Below the pieces are notes generated by a model, which worked only from the letters and a program-made list of their open reading frames with translations, searched no databases and was not told the origin of the DNA. This document shows positions 25,122-35,418 of a stretch of DNA of 37,561 nt, piece after piece. The stretch comes from Armatimonadota bacterium. Lineage in GTDB: Bacteria > Armatimonadota > UBA5829 > DTLH01. The stretch's first letter is position 1, and every line of letters begins with the position of its first letter. The position numbers were made by a program, and so were the translations under genes. The stretch covers positions 1-37,561 of the forward strand of contig JBDKUN010000047.1 in assembly GCA_039679675.1 (NCBI GenBank). The letters run 5' to 3'.

Positions 25122-25532
25122 TTGCCCAGATGTACCGCCACCTCACATTCTCCTCTCATGTCTCTGCCGCTCGTAGAAGTCGATTACGATCATAATCGCA
25201 CAGGAGAGGGTGAGGATGCCGGTGAGCGCAGTGGGCGGTATGTTCATGTTGTGGAGATAGATAAATCGAACAAGCAGCTTCATATCCTGCTGGGCGAGCA
25301 CCATGAGGGTAATGTCAGATATAAATTCGATCGACAAGGCTATCTGGAATCTTTGACGCTCACTTATCTTACCGCTCATGAGTTGAAACCGGACGCACTT
25401 TCGGGCCATCCTTTTGCCGAAAAAGAGTTTCGCTGGTCACCAAAGGCAGGGTGTTTCACAGCAGGTCCGTTCAGGCCGGATCTTGTGACCGAGGCTGAAG
25501 TAGGGAAGAAGTCGCAGAAATCCAAGAACTAA
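25122..25532 (+). CDS. Hypothetical protein or 5'-truncated gene remnant
   Basis: 136-codon ORF with plausible composition. No clear RBS. In frame with the TIR gene directly after its TAG. Confidence 0.4.
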   Translation: MPRCTATSHSPLMSLPLVEVDYDHNRTGEGEDAGERSGRYVHVVEIDKSNKQLHILLGEHHEGNVRYKFDRQGYLESLTLTYLTAHELKPDALSGHPFAEKEFRWSPKAGCFTAGPFRPDLVTEAEVGKKSQKSKN

Positions 25533-25565
25533 TAATCCAGCGAGCCTAGAAAGCGGGTTGCAACA

Positions 25566-26327
25566 ATGCCGATTCAATTTTGCTTCCATCCGGTTACACA
25601 AAAATATGAGGCATATTTGCCAAGCATAAATAGAAAAAAGAAATATGCTTTGTGGCTTAGGTCGACTGAATGGGAATTTGTTGCGGATGAGCTCAAAGAA
25701 CTGATTGCTGCATTTGCTCCGCTAAAAGGAGTGGTCTGGTCTGCCATAGCACATCTGGATGTGCCTGACAAAGAAAATGAGGCTAAAAGCTGGGCTGATG
25801 ATTGGAATCTGCTGACTGATGAAACGATTCTGCAATCCTCTATGAATTTTGAACCTCGGAAAAAGACTGTGACCTACAAAATAGGCTCATTGTCTTCGGA
25901 TGCATACAAAATATTGCCTGATGTATTAATGAGCGGTTCAGGTTTCGGAATTTCGGAGCCTGAACAGGGCTGTATTATCTCTTTCATCCCCAAAAGCCAT
26001 CCCGTAAAGGAAGCATACTGGGCAAGGATTGTTCAAGGCCCGGCATGGCTCTGGCTGTGCTCAGAATGGCTTGCAAACTCACCGGAGCCTTCTCTTCAGT
26101 CGAATGCAGTGCTTGTAAGCTACATCGACCTCACTAACGACATGGGCGGAGTAGCAAGCCTTGTGTGGTCGGATTGTGATTGCAGGATGGGGCTTACATT
26201 CTTCGGTTCGGAAGCCATCCTTGGACCGGTTGCAGCCCGGCTGGAAGCCAATCCAAGCTTCATTAGTGATAAGGCAGTGTTTGAGCAACTGTTCGCAAGA
26301 GGATTTAGCTATATTCTGTCACCATGA
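25566..26327 (+). CDS. Hypothetical protein (Trp-rich, 253 aa)
   Basis: Long ORF filling the gap. No family recognised. Confidence 0.65.
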   Translation: MPIQFCFHPVTQKYEAYLPSINRKKKYALWLRSTEWEFVADELKELIAAFAPLKGVVWSAIAHLDVPDKENEAKSWADDWNLLTDETILQSSMNFEPRKKTVTYKIGSLSSDAYKILPDVLMSGSGFGISEPEQGCIISFIPKSHPVKEAYWARIVQGPAWLWLCSEWLANSPEPSLQSNAVLVSYIDLTNDMGGVASLVWSDCDCRMGLTFFGSEAILGPVAARLEANPSFISDKAVFEQLFARGFSYILSP

Positions 26328-26358
26328 CGGATAGGTAATCCGACTTCTTGGAAGTCGA

Positions 26359-26384
26359 TGGCCGACACGGAGACCGGCCACTAC
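26359..26384 (-). repeat. GTAG-type REP-like hairpin
   Basis: Minus strand GTAG-TGGCCG-GTCTCCGTGT-CGGCCA. A second hairpin CGACTTC/GAAGTCG lies at 26341-26357. Confidence 0.55.
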
Positions 26385-26556
26385 ATTTGACTCTAATCTC
26401 CTTCTGTCATAAAATATGTTAGAAGTTTAAAGCTGTAATTTCCCGATAATTCAGTCAGAAGTCAGGTAAGTAGACCTTCTGAAGGCTTATTCAGGGTTTT
26501 GGCACTACCGGGTATTTCTGCCAAGACCCTTTTGGTGTTGTACTCCCGAGGATTAG

Positions 26557-29500
26557 ATGTCTTTATCCAGTCTGATAGAACAAAATAACGATATTGAGCA
26601 GTTCCAACAGGTCCGTGATGCGCTTGCCGATTCAAAAGCGGTGCAATTGAACGGTCTGACCGGCTCCGCAAAAGGGTTTTTCCTCTCCGGTATCATCCGG
26701 GAGCTGAAAAAGCCCGCGCTTGTCATCACCTACTCAAGCGAGCAGGCGGAACGGCTTGCGGACGATCTGTCCCAGTTCGGCCTGTCTGATAACGAGCTTT
26801 TTGTCCTTCCTCCATCCGACTCGCTCATCTATGAGGAAGGCGCACCGGACTTCAGGATAATCGGACAGAGGCTTGCTGCAATGGACGCGCTTCTTTCCGG
26901 CGCTCCGGCAGTCGTAATCGCACCTATCAACGGCGCGCTCCGCCGTACGATGCCCCGCAGGTATCTGCAGGAGTTCCGGCTGGAGGCTAAAGCCGGACAG
27001 ACGCTGGATGTTGATGATTTCGCGCGCGGTCTGGTCAATCTCGGCTACGAACGGACCGAAGTCTGCGACATGCATGGTGAGTTCAGCAAAAGAGGCGGGA
27101 TAATAGATATTTATCCGTCAAACGAAGACGAACCGGTCAGAATAGAGCTTTTCGGGGACGAGATAGAGAGCATCCGCACGTTCGACCCAGCATCCCAGCG
27201 TTCCACAGGGCACCGAAAAAGCGTGGTGATCCTGCCTGCGAGAGAGGTCATACTCACGCGCGAGAACGCCGATGCTGCGGTAAAGGCACTTCAGGGCGAG
27301 GTGGATGAGCAGGTCCGCAAATTCGAGGAGGCCGGACAGCATGATGAAGCTGTTCGCCTTACGGAGAAGATGGAAAACGACATCTCCCTTATCTCGAACC
27401 TTGCGTATTTCGATGGGATAGAAAGCTACCTGCCGTATATCCACAAGGAAGAGAACTCCATATTTGATTATCTGCTTCCGTCGGCCTTTGTGGTGATGGA
27501 CGAGCAGAACCAGATCGCCGCTCACTGGGACCAGATAGACCAGGAAATGGTGGAAATGCTGATAAACCGCGCGGGGCGCGGGCTGCTCCTTGCGTCCATC
27601 CGTGGACAGCACGTCTCCATCGATCCGGCGATGAAGCGGGCCGGAGAAGACTGGCCTACACTTGTTTTGACTACGCTTGAGCGAAAACAGCCTTACATTA
27701 GCCCGAAGATCAAGGCAACCATCGAGTCATCTCCTATGGAGACTTTCGCGAGCCAGTTCGATATGTTCGCGGAACAGGTGAAGACCTGGGCAGGGAATGA
27801 TGTACGCGTTGTCATTGCAACAGACCAGCATGACCGCACGGTAACGCTTTTGAATGAGCGCGGTGTCGATGCAAGATCGATAGAAGAGCTGGAAACATCG
27901 AGAAGACCTGGCGTGTATGTCGCCTCAGGCGCTATCAAATCAGGCTTCAAGCTGCCCGGAATCGGGCTTATGGTGGTTTCTGATTCGGAAATCTACGGAG
28001 TCGTCCGATACCGCAAAGCGAGGCGCATTGCAAAAGAAGGCGTTGCCATCTCGACTATACTCGATCTGAAGGAAGGCGACTACGTAGTCCACATATCCCA
28101 CGGCATCGGTATCTACAGGGGTATCGAGCAGCTGGAGACGGACGGAGTTACCCGCGAGTATCTGCATCTCGAATATGCCGGAGACGACAAGCTGTACGTC
28201 CCGACCGAGCAGATAGACAGGGTGCAGAAGTACATCGGCGGCGAGGGAAACGCACCTATCGTCCATAGGATCGGCGGGAGCGAATGGCTGCGAGCGACGA
28301 AGAAGGTCAAACAGGCTGTCCGCGAGATGGCGAAGGAGCTTATAGAGCTTTACGCATGGCGTCAGGCGCTTGGCGGTTACTCGTTCAGCCCTGATTCGCC
28401 CTGGCAGCAGGAGATGGAGTCTGCATTCCCTTATGAGGAGACCCCGGACCAGCTCGAAGCGATAAACGAAGTCAAGCGCGATCTGGAAGACCCGAAACCG
28501 ATGGACAGGCTGATCTGCGGGGATGTCGGCTACGGCAAGACGGAAGTAGCAATAAGAGCGGCGTTCAAGGTCGTAAACGACGGCAAGCAAGTGGCAGTGC
28601 TCGCTCCGACTACGGTCCTCGCACAGCAGCATTGGAACACGTTCAAGGAGCGGCTGGGAGCATTTCCGATCTCGATAGAGATGCTTTCCCGGTTCAGAAG
28701 CCGGAAAGAGCAGAAGGAGACCATCGAAGGGCTCAAACTCGGCACAGTGGATATTGTCATCGGGACGCACAGGCTTCTCTCGAAAGACATAGAGTTCAGT
28801 GACCTGGGGCTCATCATCGTGGACGAGGAGCAGCGGTTCGGTGTGGCGCACAAGGAGCGGCTGAAACAGCTCAAGAAGTCGGTCGATGCGCTCACTCTGA
28901 CTGCGACGCCGATTCCGAGGACACTTCATATGTCGCTTGCGGGCATCCGCGACATGAGTATCATGAACGATCCGCCTGAGGGCAGGACTCCGGTCAAGAC
29001 TTTTGTGAAGGGGTTCGATGAAGAGATCGTCCGAGAGGCGATTGTACGAGAACTGGACCGCGGCGGGCAGGTGTATTTTGTCCACAACAGGGTGGAGAAC
29101 ATTGCGCACATCGCAGCGCAGATTTCAAAGCTGGTACCTTACGCACGGGTGGACATAGGCCACGGCCAGATGGATGAGGACGACCTTGAGAGGGTCATGC
29201 TGGACTTCTACGACAGGAAATACGACGTTTTGGTCTGCACGACGATCATTGAGAGCGGCCTGGACATCCCGAACGCGAACACGATCATCATCAACAACGC
29301 TGACAAGATGGGTTTGGCGCAGCTTTACCAGCTCAGGGGCCGTGTAGGTCGTTCGGACAAGCAGGCGTATGCTTATTTGATGTTCAATGCTGACAAATCG
29401 CTTACGGAGATTGCCGAAAAGCGCCTGGATGCGATAAGAGAGTTCACCGACCTCGGCTCAGGGTTCAGAATCGCACTTCGAGACCTCGAAATAAGGGGTG

Positions 29501-30078
29501 CGGGGAACCTGCTCGGCGCGGAGCAGCACGGGCAGATAGCGCAGGTAGGGTTCGATCTCTACTGCCGCCTTCTTTCACAGGCTGTAGCGGAACTGAAGGG
29601 CGAGGAAGTCCATGAAGTCAACCTGCCTCCGGTAGACCTGCCGATAGATGCTTACATTCCGAACGAATATATCGCTACGGACGCCCAGCGGATATTCTTC
29701 TATAAAAAGATGGCCGCTGCGAAGTCGAATAAAGATGTGCAGCAGCTGCAGGACGAGCTCGAAGACAGGTTCGGCGATCCTCCGAAGCAGGTCTGGAACA
29801 TGCTGGCGCTTCTCCGGCTCAGAATCAGGGCGCTGGAGCTCGGAATTTCATCTATTTCCACCGAAAAACGGCAGATATCGATCAAATTCGCAACAGGTTT
29901 CAGGATACTTTCCGATATACAGAAAGAGCTTGGCAAGACTTACAAGCGGCACTGGTTCCAGGCCGATAAGGTGCTTTTGAACCCGGATAACCCAAGAATT
30001 ATTAATCTTGTGGAGGATATGGTCGAGGTTGTGGGGAAAGCATTAAAGACAAGTGCGAAACGGATGCAGGTGGCGTAG
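26557..30078 (+). CDS. mfd: Transcription-repair coupling factor
   Basis: UvrB-like N-terminus, RID (GDYVVHISHGIG), GDVGYGKT, DEEQRFG, QLRGRVGRS and TRCF domain. Confidence 0.98.
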   Translation: MSLSSLIEQNNDIEQFQQVRDALADSKAVQLNGLTGSAKGFFLSGIIRELKKPALVITYSSEQAERLADDLSQFGLSDNELFVLPPSDSLIYEEGAPDFRIIGQRLAAMDALLSGAPAVVIAPINGALRRTMPRRYLQEFRLEAKAGQTLDVDDFARGLVNLGYERTEVCDMHGEFSKRGGIIDIYPSNEDEPVRIELFGDEIESIRTFDPASQRSTGHRKSVVILPAREVILTRENADAAVKALQGEVDEQVRKFEEAGQHDEAVRLTEKMENDISLISNLAYFDGIESYLPYIHKEENSIFDYLLPSAFVVMDEQNQIAAHWDQIDQEMVEMLINRAGRGLLLASIRGQHVSIDPAMKRAGEDWPTLVLTTLERKQPYISPKIKATIESSPMETFASQFDMFAEQVKTWAGNDVRVVIATDQHDRTVTLLNERGVDARSIEELETSRRPGVYVASGAIKSGFKLPGIGLMVVSDSEIYGVVRYRKARRIAKEGVAISTILDLKEGDYVVHISHGIGIYRGIEQLETDGVTREYLHLEYAGDDKLYVPTEQIDRVQKYIGGEGNAPIVHRIGGSEWLRATKKVKQAVREMAKELIELYAWRQALGGYSFSPDSPWQQEMESAFPYEETPDQLEAINEVKRDLEDPKPMDRLICGDVGYGKTEVAIRAAFKVVNDGKQVAVLAPTTVLAQQHWNTFKERLGAFPISIEMLSRFRSRKEQKETIEGLKLGTVDIVIGTHRLLSKDIEFSDLGLIIVDEEQRFGVAHKERLKQLKKSVDALTLTATPIPRTLHMSLAGIRDMSIMNDPPEGRTPVKTFVKGFDEEIVREAIVRELDRGGQVYFVHNRVENIAHIAAQISKLVPYARVDIGHGQMDEDDLERVMLDFYDRKYDVLVCTTIIESGLDIPNANTIIINNADKMGLAQLYQLRGRVGRSDKQAYAYLMFNADKSLTEIAEKRLDAIREFTDLGSGFRIALRDLEIRGAGNLLGAEQHGQIAQVGFDLYCRLLSQAVAELKGEEVHEVNLPPVDLPIDAYIPNEYIATDAQRIFFYKKMAAAKSNKDVQQLQDELEDRFGDPPKQVWNMLALLRLRIRALELGISSISTEKRQISIKFATGFRILSDIQKELGKTYKRHWFQADKVLLNPDNPRIINLVEDMVEVVGKALKTSAKRMQVA

Positions 30079-30226
30079 GTAGCTTTTAGCTATCAGGTTT
30101 AGGGACTGGTAGAGAATAGTGGAACTTCCGCTATTTCATTCTGAAAGATGATACCTTATATTCTAAATTCTGTGTTATAATCGCACAACGCACGGTCGTG
30201 GTCGCGTTACTTATGTGAGGGCCAAC

Positions 30227-30451
30227 TTGATAGACAACAAAGACTACAAGTGGATGAGGAAAGCGGCTCTTGCGTCGAGCATCGGGTTTGTCCTGGTATT
30301 TTCCATCGTTATCGGGTGGGGAATCGGGTCATGGCTCGACAAGCTATTCGGGACTTCTCCCTGGCTGATGTTAATTTTTACCTTTATGGGAATCATCGCC
30401 GGGTTTATTGAGGTAATACGGATAGCCATACAGTTGTCCAGGGAAGAATAA
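30227..30451 (+). CDS. atpZ: AtpZ/AtpI-family (ATPase gene 1) protein
   Basis: IG..LV..I.IG..IG.WLDK.FGTSPW pattern. First gene of the atp operon. TGTTATAAT promoter at about 30173-30181. Start uncertain (30215-30227). Confidence 0.85.
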   Translation: MIDNKDYKWMRKAALASSIGFVLVFSIVIGWGIGSWLDKLFGTSPWLMLIFTFMGIIAGFIEVIRIAIQLSREE

Positions 30452-30453
30452 CT

Positions 30454-30846
30454 GTGCTAGATATCGGCTTTATCAAACGTGTATATAAAACATCCTTAGC
30501 AGTATTTGTGTTTTCGCTTCTGTGGTGTGCTGCTCTTAGATCAGTAACCTCCGCTATCGGGATTACCATCGGATTTGTCATCTCTCTTGGATCGATTATG
30601 ATTATCGAACGGCTGGTGACAACGCTCTTCACGCCGGAGCAGACAAAGCGACGGAAGCGTTCCACGATAATTTTGTTTCTGTTGATGATCGGCAAATACG
30701 CCATAATTGGAGCAGTGCTTTGGCTTTCGCTGAAGTCAGGTTGGGCAAGCCCAATCGGAATTGCTATAGGTATCGGCTTACCGCTTTTGGTCATTTCTCT
30801 AAAAGCTGTGGCTAGGGTGTTATCACCTGTGGATAGGAGATCGTAA
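30454..30846 (+). CDS. atpI: ATP synthase subunit I (membrane accessory)
   Basis: 4 TM, 130 aa, immediately before atpB. Confidence 0.82.
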   Translation: MLDIGFIKRVYKTSLAVFVFSLLWCAALRSVTSAIGITIGFVISLGSIMIIERLVTTLFTPEQTKRRKRSTIILFLLMIGKYAIIGAVLWLSLKSGWASPIGIAIGIGLPLLVISLKAVARVLSPVDRRS

Positions 30847-31565
30847 TGGAGCCTAATAATGGCGGCTCGGCACTTGTAGAAGGCAGCCCGTGGGCAGCGG
30901 TTTTAATGTCCTGGATTGCCATTCTGATTCTGGGGATACTAGCTTATCTAGGCACAAGGCGAATGCGCAGGGTGCCTGGGCCGCTGCAGAATGTTTTGGA
31001 ATTTACTGTAGACGGACTCTTCAATTTCATAGAAGGCGTTATTGGCCCAGGCAGCAAGAAGTATGCTCCGTTCATCGCTACGTTCTTTGTTTATATTTTG
31101 TTTATGAACCTTATGGGGTTGATACCGGGCTTCAAATCGCCTACGAGCGGGTTGAACATGACGGTTGCGCTTGGGTTGCTGTCATTTTTCTACGTGCAAT
31201 ACCAGGCGATAAAGCAAAATGGATTTATAAAATATATTCTGCACTTTTGGGGCGAGCCCTGGGTGCTGGGGCCGCTGATGTTTCCTATACATGTTATCGG
31301 CGAGTTGGCTAAACCGCTGTCGCTCTCTATCCGACTTTTTGGAAACATATTCGGTGATGATAAGATCATCATCATACTTGCAGGATTGTCGCCTTTTCTT
31401 TTTGGAAAACCCTGGCTGAAGTATATTCCAGTGCAGTTTCCGATGATGGTATTCGCGGTATTCACGAGCTTCATCCAGGCACTGATATTTACTGTTCTTA
31501 CAGCAGCTTATCTGACTGTTTTAATGACCCATGAAGAAGAACCTGCTAATGTTGGACCGCATTAG
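30846..31565 (+). CDS. atpB: ATP synthase Fo subunit a
   Basis: PGPLQN, NLMGLIP, LSLSIRLFGNI and IQALIF motifs. Confidence 0.97.
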   Translation: MEPNNGGSALVEGSPWAAVLMSWIAILILGILAYLGTRRMRRVPGPLQNVLEFTVDGLFNFIEGVIGPGSKKYAPFIATFFVYILFMNLMGLIPGFKSPTSGLNMTVALGLLSFFYVQYQAIKQNGFIKYILHFWGEPWVLGPLMFPIHVIGELAKPLSLSIRLFGNIFGDDKIIIILAGLSPFLFGKPWLKYIPVQFPMMVFAVFTSFIQALIFTVLTAAYLTVLMTHEEEPANVGPH

Positions 31566-31652
31566 TGAGGTTTCACGAATAAAGTGAGTTAAAAGAGCGT
31601 TGTTTGCGTTTCTCGTGGATAATGCGGGTTAGCAAACTAAGAGGAGGTTAAC

Positions 31653-31919
31653 ATGTTATATTTTGCGATGCTTGCTCTTGCCGTTGGGCTCGGACTGCCG
31701 ATAGCAGTTCTGTCCGCTGCAATAGGGCAAGGCAAAGTCGGCGCGTCGGCGATGGAGGGGATAGCCCGCCAGCCGGAAGCAGCGGGACGAATTCAGCTCA
31801 GTATGATCATTGCAATTGCGTTCATCGAGTCTCTTGTCATTTACGCGTTTTTGATGTTTTTCATGCTGTTGCCAAAACTGCCAGATACGGCTGCAATTCT
31901 TAAAGCCATTGGCGGTTAG
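31653..31919 (+). CDS. atpE: ATP synthase Fo subunit c
   Basis: GQG, ARQPE and AFIESLVIY motifs. GAGGAGG RBS. Confidence 0.97.
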   Translation: MLYFAMLALAVGLGLPIAVLSAAIGQGKVGASAMEGIARQPEAAGRIQLSMIIAIAFIESLVIYAFLMFFMLLPKLPDTAAILKAIGG

Positions 31920-31979
31920 CCTTTTTTATGGCGGGGTCTTTGGTTTCCTGAGACCCCGCATAGGCTCCGGAGGATGTAA

Positions 31980-32483
31980 TTGAAAATACTTGAACAACTG
32001 GGGATCAATCCCACGGTTATTGTTGTTAATATAATAGGTTTTCTTCTTCTTGTAGGACTTCTTAAAAAGTTCCTTTACGGTCCGGTTACGGCGATGCTCA
32101 ATAGCCGTAAACAGGAGATTTCTGATACCTATGCCACCGCCGAGCATGAGCGGAGTACCATGGAAGGGCTCCGCCAGGACTACGAAAAGCGGCTTGCGGG
32201 CATAGAGGCTGAAGCTCACGAGAAGATTCAGTCGGCTATCAAAGAGGCCCATGGCATAAGGGACGAAATTCTGGCTGATACCAGAACAAAATCGGAGTCA
32301 ATTCTGGCCAAGGGCGAAGGAGAGCTTGCGAGAGAGCGCGAAAAGACGATTGCCGAGCTTCGCGCAGAAGTTACAGACCTTGTTATCGGGACATCATCAA
32401 GGCTGCTCGAAGAATCGCTCGATGACAAGGCGCATAGAAAACTGATAGACGATTTTATATCGAGCGTAGGTGAGGCCAAGTAA
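31980..32483 (+). CDS. atpF: ATP synthase Fo subunit b
   Basis: N-terminal TM, KKFLYGP...R...I, coiled coil. Confidence 0.95.
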   Translation: MKILEQLGINPTVIVVNIIGFLLLVGLLKKFLYGPVTAMLNSRKQEISDTYATAEHERSTMEGLRQDYEKRLAGIEAEAHEKIQSAIKEAHGIRDEILADTRTKSESILAKGEGELAREREKTIAELRAEVTDLVIGTSSRLLEESLDDKAHRKLIDDFISSVGEAK

Positions 32484-33019
32484 TGGACGCGCGGATAGTC
32501 AGGCGTTACGCATCGGCACTTTTTGCGTCCGCACAGGCTGAGAACGTTGTAGATCTGGTCGAAAGCGACCTCGGGCTGATCACATATTCATTCGAGTCTA
32601 TCCCCAGCCTGGAAGAGGCTGTCGTCTCTCCGCTCATCCCTGCGGCCAAGAAGCGCGAGGTTATCACGAGTATCTTCAAAGAGAAGATACATGAGACAAC
32701 GCTTTTTTATCTCTATCTGCTGATAGACAACCGGCGCGAAGAGGTCATTAAGTCTACCGAAGCGGAGTATATACGGCTTGCGAATGAAGCGAGAGGTATC
32801 ATTGCCGCGCAGGTGACATCGGCTGTGGAGCTGACGAAGGACGAAACGATAAGACTGAAAGAAAAGCTCTCGGCTTACACCGGTAAGCACGTAGATATAA
32901 AGGCCGATGTAGATCCGTCGATCATCGGCGGGCTCGTTGTGCGGATCGGCGACACGGTAATGGACGGCAGCATCGCCGGTCATCTCGAAAGATTGAAAGA
33001 AGAGTTTCTGGGGCGATAG
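32483..33019 (+). CDS. atpH: ATP synthase F1 subunit delta
   Basis: RRYASALF, VTSA and DPSIIGG...GD..MDGS motifs. Confidence 0.96.
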   Translation: MDARIVRRYASALFASAQAENVVDLVESDLGLITYSFESIPSLEEAVVSPLIPAAKKREVITSIFKEKIHETTLFYLYLLIDNRREEVIKSTEAEYIRLANEARGIIAAQVTSAVELTKDETIRLKEKLSAYTGKHVDIKADVDPSIIGGLVVRIGDTVMDGSIAGHLERLKEEFLGR

Positions 33020-33034
33020 TAACAGGAGTAATAT

Positions 33035-34561
33035 ATGGCGACTAATATCAGACCGGAGGAAGTAACCGACATACTCGAAAAGCAGCTCGCTTCCTACAAA
33101 AAGGAAGTCCGGGAGGTCGGTGTAGGGACGGTCTTACAAGTTGGAGACGGCATCGCGCGCGTTTATGGGCTTCAGGATGTCATGGCGAGCGAACTCGTAG
33201 AGTTCCCGAACGGCGTGATGGGAATGGTCTTGAACCTCGAAGAAGATAACGTCGGCATCATCGTAATGGGACCCGACGAAGAGATAAAAGAAGGGGATAC
33301 CGTTAAGCGGACAGGCCGCATTATCGACGTGCCTGTAGGCGATGCGCTCCTGGGCAGAGTCGTAAACGCTCTCGGAGAGCCGATAGACGGTAAAGGCCCG
33401 ATTGTAGCGAAAAAACGACGGCAAATCGAAGAAAGAGCTCCGGGTGTTGTCGAAAGGCAGCCTGTAAACCAGTCGCTTGCCACGGGACTTAAGTCTGTAG
33501 ACTCGATGATCCCGATTGGGCGGGGACAAAGAGAGCTTATCATTGGTGATCGCCAGACCGGTAAGACGGCTATCGCAGTAGACACCATCATAAATCAGAA
33601 AGATTCGGGCGTAAAGTGCATTTATGTAGCTGTCGGGCAGAAACTCTCGACAGTAGCCGCGATCGTTCAGGCACTCGAGGAAAACGGGGCGATGGAGTAT
33701 ACGACTATCGTTTCCGCGACTGCGAGCGACCCTGCGCCGCTTCAGTACATCGCTCCTTACGCCGGATGCGCCATAGGCGAAGAGTTCAGAGATAACGGTG
33801 ACCACGCGCTTATCATCTACGATGACCTTTCGAAGCATGCGCAGGCTTACCGCCAGGTATCGCTTCTTCTCAGACGTCCGCCAGGCCGCGAGGCGTATCC
33901 GGGGGATATTTTCTATCTGCATGCGAGACTTCTGGAGCGTGCGGCGAAACTTTCCGAAGACCTCGGCAGCGGAAGCCTGACGGCTCTTCCGATTATCGAA
34001 ACCCAGGCGGGTGACGTATCGGCTTACATCCCGACAAACGTAATCTCGATCACTGACGGCCAGATTTACCTTGAAAGTGAGCTTTTCTACTCTGGAATCC
34101 GCCCTGCTATCAACATAGGGTTATCAGTCTCTAGAGTAGGGTCGAAGGCCCAGACGAAGGCTATGAAGAAAGTGGCCGGACAGCTCAAGCTCGACCTTGC
34201 GCGTTACTGGGAGCTTCAGGCGTTCGCCCAGTTCTCGACAGACCTGGACAAGTTCACAATGGCTCAGTTGAACCGGGGGGCGAAAATCGTCGAAGTCCTG
34301 AAGCAGCCGCAGTATCATCCGATGCTGGTCGAAGACCAGGTAATGATCATCTTCGTAGCCACAAACGGCTATCTGGATGACATTCCCATCGAGAAGGTAA
34401 AGGACTTTGAGCGTGGGTTCTACACATTTATGCATGACAACTATGCCGTAGTCGGCCACAAGATCGCAAAGAGCGGCGACTTCGACGATGAGACCAAAGA
34501 GACTCTCACGAAGGCGGCCGGCGAGTATAAGACACAGTTTATGGGGCAGACGGCAAGCTAA
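33035..34561 (+). CDS. atpA: ATP synthase F1 subunit alpha
   Basis: GDRQTGKT and [10 protein letters not shown] motifs. Confidence 0.99.
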   Translation: MATNIRPEEVTDILEKQLASYKKEVREVGVGTVLQVGDGIARVYGLQDVMASELVEFPNGVMGMVLNLEEDNVGIIVMGPDEEIKEGDTVKRTGRIIDVPVGDALLGRVVNALGEPIDGKGPIVAKKRRQIEERAPGVVERQPVNQSLATGLKSVDSMIPIGRGQRELIIGDRQTGKTAIAVDTIINQKDSGVKCIYVAVGQKLSTVAAIVQALEENGAMEYTTIVSATASDPAPLQYIAPYAGCAIGEEFRDNGDHALIIYDDLSKHAQAYRQVSLLLRRPPGREAYPGDIFYLHARLLERAAKLSEDLGSGSLTALPIIETQAGDVSAYIPTNVISITDGQIYLESELFYSGIRPAINIGLSVSRVGSKAQTKAMKKVAGQLKLDLARYWELQAFAQFSTDLDKFTMAQLNRGAKIVEVLKQPQYHPMLVEDQVMIIFVATNGYLDDIPIEKVKDFERGFYTFMHDNYAVVGHKIAKSGDFDDETKETLTKAAGEYKTQFMGQTAS

Positions 34562-35418
34562 TGGCCAGTATGCGAGATATACGGCGCAGAATACGCGTCG
34601 TGAAAAATATACAGCAGATAACGAGTGCGATGAAGATGGTCGCTGCTGCGAGACTCCGGCGGGCACAGGACAGAGCTGAGACGGCCCGGCCTTATGCAGA
34701 GAAGATGTTTACAATGCTGGAGAGCCTTTCGCGCGCTGCTGCCGATGTGGAGCATCCTCTCCTTGAGGTCAGGCCAGAGGAGAACATCGCGGTCATAGTC
34801 ATCGGAGCCGAACGCGGGCTTGCAGGCAGCTATAACGTCAACCTTATACGCACAGCAATGGATCTGCTCAAAGACAGGGACCCTGCGACGGTGAAACTGC
34901 TGACACTTGGCCGAAAAGCTGAGATGCTCCTTCGCCACAGGCCATATCCAATAATTATGAGCAGTGGTCTTCCTCCGGCAGACATCCAGTTTGCCGATAT
35001 AAGGCAGGTTGCGGTTGAGGTTCGAAGGCTTTTTGAGTCGAAACAGGTGGATGCAGTCTATCTGGTGTATGCCAAGTTCATAAATGCAGCCGTACAGCAG
35101 CCGACTACGCTGAAACTGCTGCCGATTACTCCTCCGAGCGGGGAAGATATCGGCCACACGGCAGAGTACATCTTCGAGCCGGACCCAGGACACCTGTTCG
35201 GTAGGCTTCTGCCGAGTTATGTGGATACGCAGATATTTCATGCAGCCGTAGAAGCCGTAGCGAGCGAACATGGCGCGAGAATGACGGCTATGAGCGCCGC
35301 TACAAGCAACGCAGGAGAGGTCATTGACACCCTGACGCTTTCATACAACAAGGCGCGGCAGGATGCTATTACAACAGAGCTTTTGGAAATTGTAGGAGGC
35401 GCGGAAGCGCTGAGTTAG
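34561..35418 (+). CDS. atpG: ATP synthase F1 subunit gamma
   Basis: ITSAMKMVAAA, RMTAMSAAT and RQDAITTELLEI motifs. Confidence 0.98.
   Translation: MASMRDIRRRIRVVKNIQQITSAMKMVAAARLRRAQDRAETARPYAEKMFTMLESLSRAAADVEHPLLEVRPEENIAVIVIGAERGLAGSYNVNLIRTAMDLLKDRDPATVKLLTLGRKAEMLLRHRPYPIIMSSGLPPADIQFADIRQVAVEVRRLFESKQVDAVYLVYAKFINAAVQQPTTLKLLPITPPSGEDIGHTAEYIFEPDPGHLFGRLLPSYVDTQIFHAAVEAVASEHGARMTAMSAATSNAGEVIDTLTLSYNKARQDAITTELLEIVGGAEALS

Noticed and set aside
23916..26327. CBASS, Pycsar or Thoeris operon
   Set aside because: No CD-NTase, cyclase, STING, cNMP-binding, SIR2 or Macro motifs are recognisable in neighbouring ORFs.
27940..29109. Long antisense ORFs (389 aa here; also 4371-5279, 33134-33922, 34558-35271, 35593-36543)
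   Set aside because: These are shadows of conserved genes on the opposite strand and have no recognisable motifs.
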